A stretch of DNA of 64,000 bases from NCBI GenBank assembly GCA_001771185.1, contig METB01000001.1, forward strand, positions 503,200 through 567,199, read 5' to 3'. Under the pieces are notes generated by a model. It ran no database searches, had not been told where the DNA came from, and saw only the letters and a program-made list of their open reading frames with translations. Positions 61,983 to 64,000 of the stretch are shown here, piece after piece (within the stretch, counting starts at the first letter, position 1; each line of letters starts with the position of its first letter). Origin of the DNA: a candidate division Kazan bacterium RIFCSPHIGHO2_01_FULL_44_14. Its GTDB lineage: Bacteria; Patescibacteriota; Kazan-3B-28. A program made the translations under genes and the position numbers.

Positions 61983-62278
61983 GCAAGGAAAAATTTTACA
62001 CGGTTAGTGAACTCGAAAAGAAAGGGATGAAAAATCCTAAGTTTCGACGGGCCTATGAGGCATTAGAGCCGGAGTATCAAATTGCTAGAGCGGTGATAGC
62101 CGCTCGTCTTAAAAAGGGAATGACGCAGGGAGAACTAGCTCGGAAAGCGGGGACTAAGCAACCGGTTATTGCGCGGTTGGAAAATATGAAGAGTGCCCCT
62201 TCCTCTAGGAGCATGGGGCGGATTGCCAATGCACTAGATCTCCGGTGGAATTTGAAGTTAGTACCGAAGACGAGATAA
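61979..62278 (+). CDS. XRE-family HTH antitoxin
   Basis: AYEALEPEYQIA..GMTQGELARKAGTKQPVIARLE; ATGA overlap with the toxin. Confidence 0.9.
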   Translation: MSKEKFYTVSELEKKGMKNPKFRRAYEALEPEYQIARAVIAARLKKGMTQGELARKAGTKQPVIARLENMKSAPSSRSMGRIANALDLRWNLKLVPKTR

Positions 62279-62374
62279 TTTTGCAGTCATGACAATACGA
62301 TGCAATGTCTTATTGGACTGGTTTGTGATATGATATATATGTCATATGGTGCGAATGGACGTTGGAAAAGAGAT

Positions 62375-62641
62375 ATGAATAAAACATTTATCACTAAAAT
62401 CAGACAAGATAAGGAATTCCAACGACTTTATGATATCGAGAAAAAGAAGCTTGATATTGCCATTGCTTTGGCGAAAGCGCGCCAGAAAAAAGGGATGACG
62501 CAGGGACAGGTTGCCAAGAAGGCAGGGGTAAGTTGGGAGACAGTGTCTCGGATTGAAAATGGGAGAGTAAATTCTAGCGTGGAGGTATTGAGTCGGTTGT
62601 TTGCCGCGGTAGGAAAACGGTTGGATTTTGAGATTTCTTGA
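62375..62641 (+). CDS. Second XRE-family HTH protein
   Basis: GMTQGQVAKKAGVSWETVSRIENG. Confidence 0.85.
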   Translation: MNKTFITKIRQDKEFQRLYDIEKKKLDIAIALAKARQKKGMTQGQVAKKAGVSWETVSRIENGRVNSSVEVLSRLFAAVGKRLDFEIS

Positions 62642-62875
62642 ATCCGCCTACCAATTCACCCCAAAGGGGCCCCGTTGGGGCTAAATCACTATTTCACTAA
62701 ATCACTTTTTCACCCTTTAGGACAAGCCAAACAGTATTGTCACCCTGAACTGACCGGCCTACGGTCATCCCGAGTCCGCCAGCTGGCGGATCGAGGGATC
62801 TATCTTGTTTCAGGGTCTATTTGTGTATAGGATGGGGGCTGGGGGATATATGAGTAACCCCGAGGAGAAACAAAG

Positions 62876-63784
62876 ATGGAATTATTATGGAGTTTGGGCT
62901 GGTTGGTGTTGGTAGTTATATTGGTATCAATCAAGCAGATTAACCAATATCAAAAAGGGGTGAAGTTTACGCTGGGGAGATACTCGGGAATTATGCAACC
63001 GGGGTGGCGGTTAATTTTTCCAATTTTCCAATCGTATCGGAAAATAGACATTCGAGTAAAAGCGGTAGATGTGCCAACTCAAGAGGCCATCACTAAAGAT
63101 AATGTCTCGGTGAGTGTGAATGCAGTAATTTATTATCGGATTAAACAAGCCGACAAAGCGGTGTTGGAAGTCGAGAATTTTTTCTATGCGATGTCGCAAT
63201 TGGCGCAAACCACCATGCGGAATGCAGTTGGCCAAGTCAGTTTGGATGATTTATTGTCGGAACGCGATCGAGTGTCGGATCAAATCAGAAATATTGTGGA
63301 GAAGGCCTCTGACCCATGGGGAATCGAAGTAATGAATGTCGAGTTGAAAGACATCACTTTGCCAGAGGAAATGAAACGAGTAATTGGCAAACAAGCCGAA
63401 GCCGAGCGCGAGAAGCGAGCGGTAATTATTAAAGCCGAAGGTGAAGTGGCGGCATCGGAAAATATGGCGAAAGCCGCTCGGATGTTATCGGGTGCTGATG
63501 GGGCTTTGCATCTACGGACATTGCAATCGATTAATGATATTAGTTCAGATCAGTCCAATACCATCGTGTTTATGGTGCCAATGGAAGCATTGAGGGCGTT
63601 GGAGGGGTTGGCTAAAAAAATGAATATACCTACTCTTGATGGAGGGACGAAGGGTGTTCCTCCCTCAACGGATAGTGGGCAAAAGCCCAGTTCCGGCAGG
63701 CCGGAACCAAGCTATCCTGCTCCCACCTCCACTTTAGGGACAGCAGACAAGTCGAAAGAGCCGGCGCAAGAGCCACTAGTTTGA
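62876..63784 (+). CDS. SPFH/band-7 (stomatin-like) protein
   Basis: QEAITKDNVSV, AQTTMRN, QAEAEREKRA, LRTLQS. Confidence 0.95.
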   Translation: MELLWSLGWLVLVVILVSIKQINQYQKGVKFTLGRYSGIMQPGWRLIFPIFQSYRKIDIRVKAVDVPTQEAITKDNVSVSVNAVIYYRIKQADKAVLEVENFFYAMSQLAQTTMRNAVGQVSLDDLLSERDRVSDQIRNIVEKASDPWGIEVMNVELKDITLPEEMKRVIGKQAEAEREKRAVIIKAEGEVAASENMAKAARMLSGADGALHLRTLQSINDISSDQSNTIVFMVPMEALRALEGLAKKMNIPTLDGGTKGVPPSTDSGQKPSSGRPEPSYPAPTSTLGTADKSKEPAQEPLV

Positions 63785-64000
63785 TCTTATTGCCTGAGCT
63801 TGTCGAAGGCCTACCTATTCGTCATCCCGGACCTGATCCGGGATCCATTCTCCAAGCGCCTGCGCGGCGCTTGACCCGCGGGAACCAAACGCAAGCTGGC
63901 GTTTGATCCAGCGTCTCTTTTTGCTTGTCCAAAAAGAGACATAAAAAGGACACCCAATTCACAAATTTCTAGCCAAAATAGAAAATCACCCTTTCTGGAC

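Overview
Chromosomal segment of a Candidate Phyla Radiation (Patescibacteria)-type bacterium. This assignment is inferred from a stand-alone 16S gene with insertions, dense short palindromic repeats and the gene content. The window opens with a complete diversity-generating retroelement (DGR): a target gene with its variable repeat (VR), a template repeat (TR) differing from VR only at adenines, an avd gene on the opposite strand and an RT. The most striking feature is that the 5' ends of RT and avd overlap head-to-head across one G11/C11 tract; at 11 nt both ATG starts are out of frame and at 10 nt both are in frame, a candidate single-tract on/off switch for the DGR (a homopolymer sequencing error is the alternative). 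The rest is mostly housekeeping: fic, dus, rluB, tilS-ftsH-murJ, lepA, a CIRCE-hrcA-grpE-dnaK-dnaJ cluster, recO, xerC, htrA, recG-rsmD-comEA, tyrS, PBP1A, a RelE/HTH toxin-antitoxin pair and an SPFH gene. There are six intact tRNAs, one of them nested inside the remains of another tRNA-Met. The 16S gene is not followed by 23S and carries an expanded helix 6 plus a LAGLIDADG-encoding group I intron. Many orphan single-gene units and nested palindromic elements occur, some inserted in frame in proteins. All alignments and counts were done by eye.
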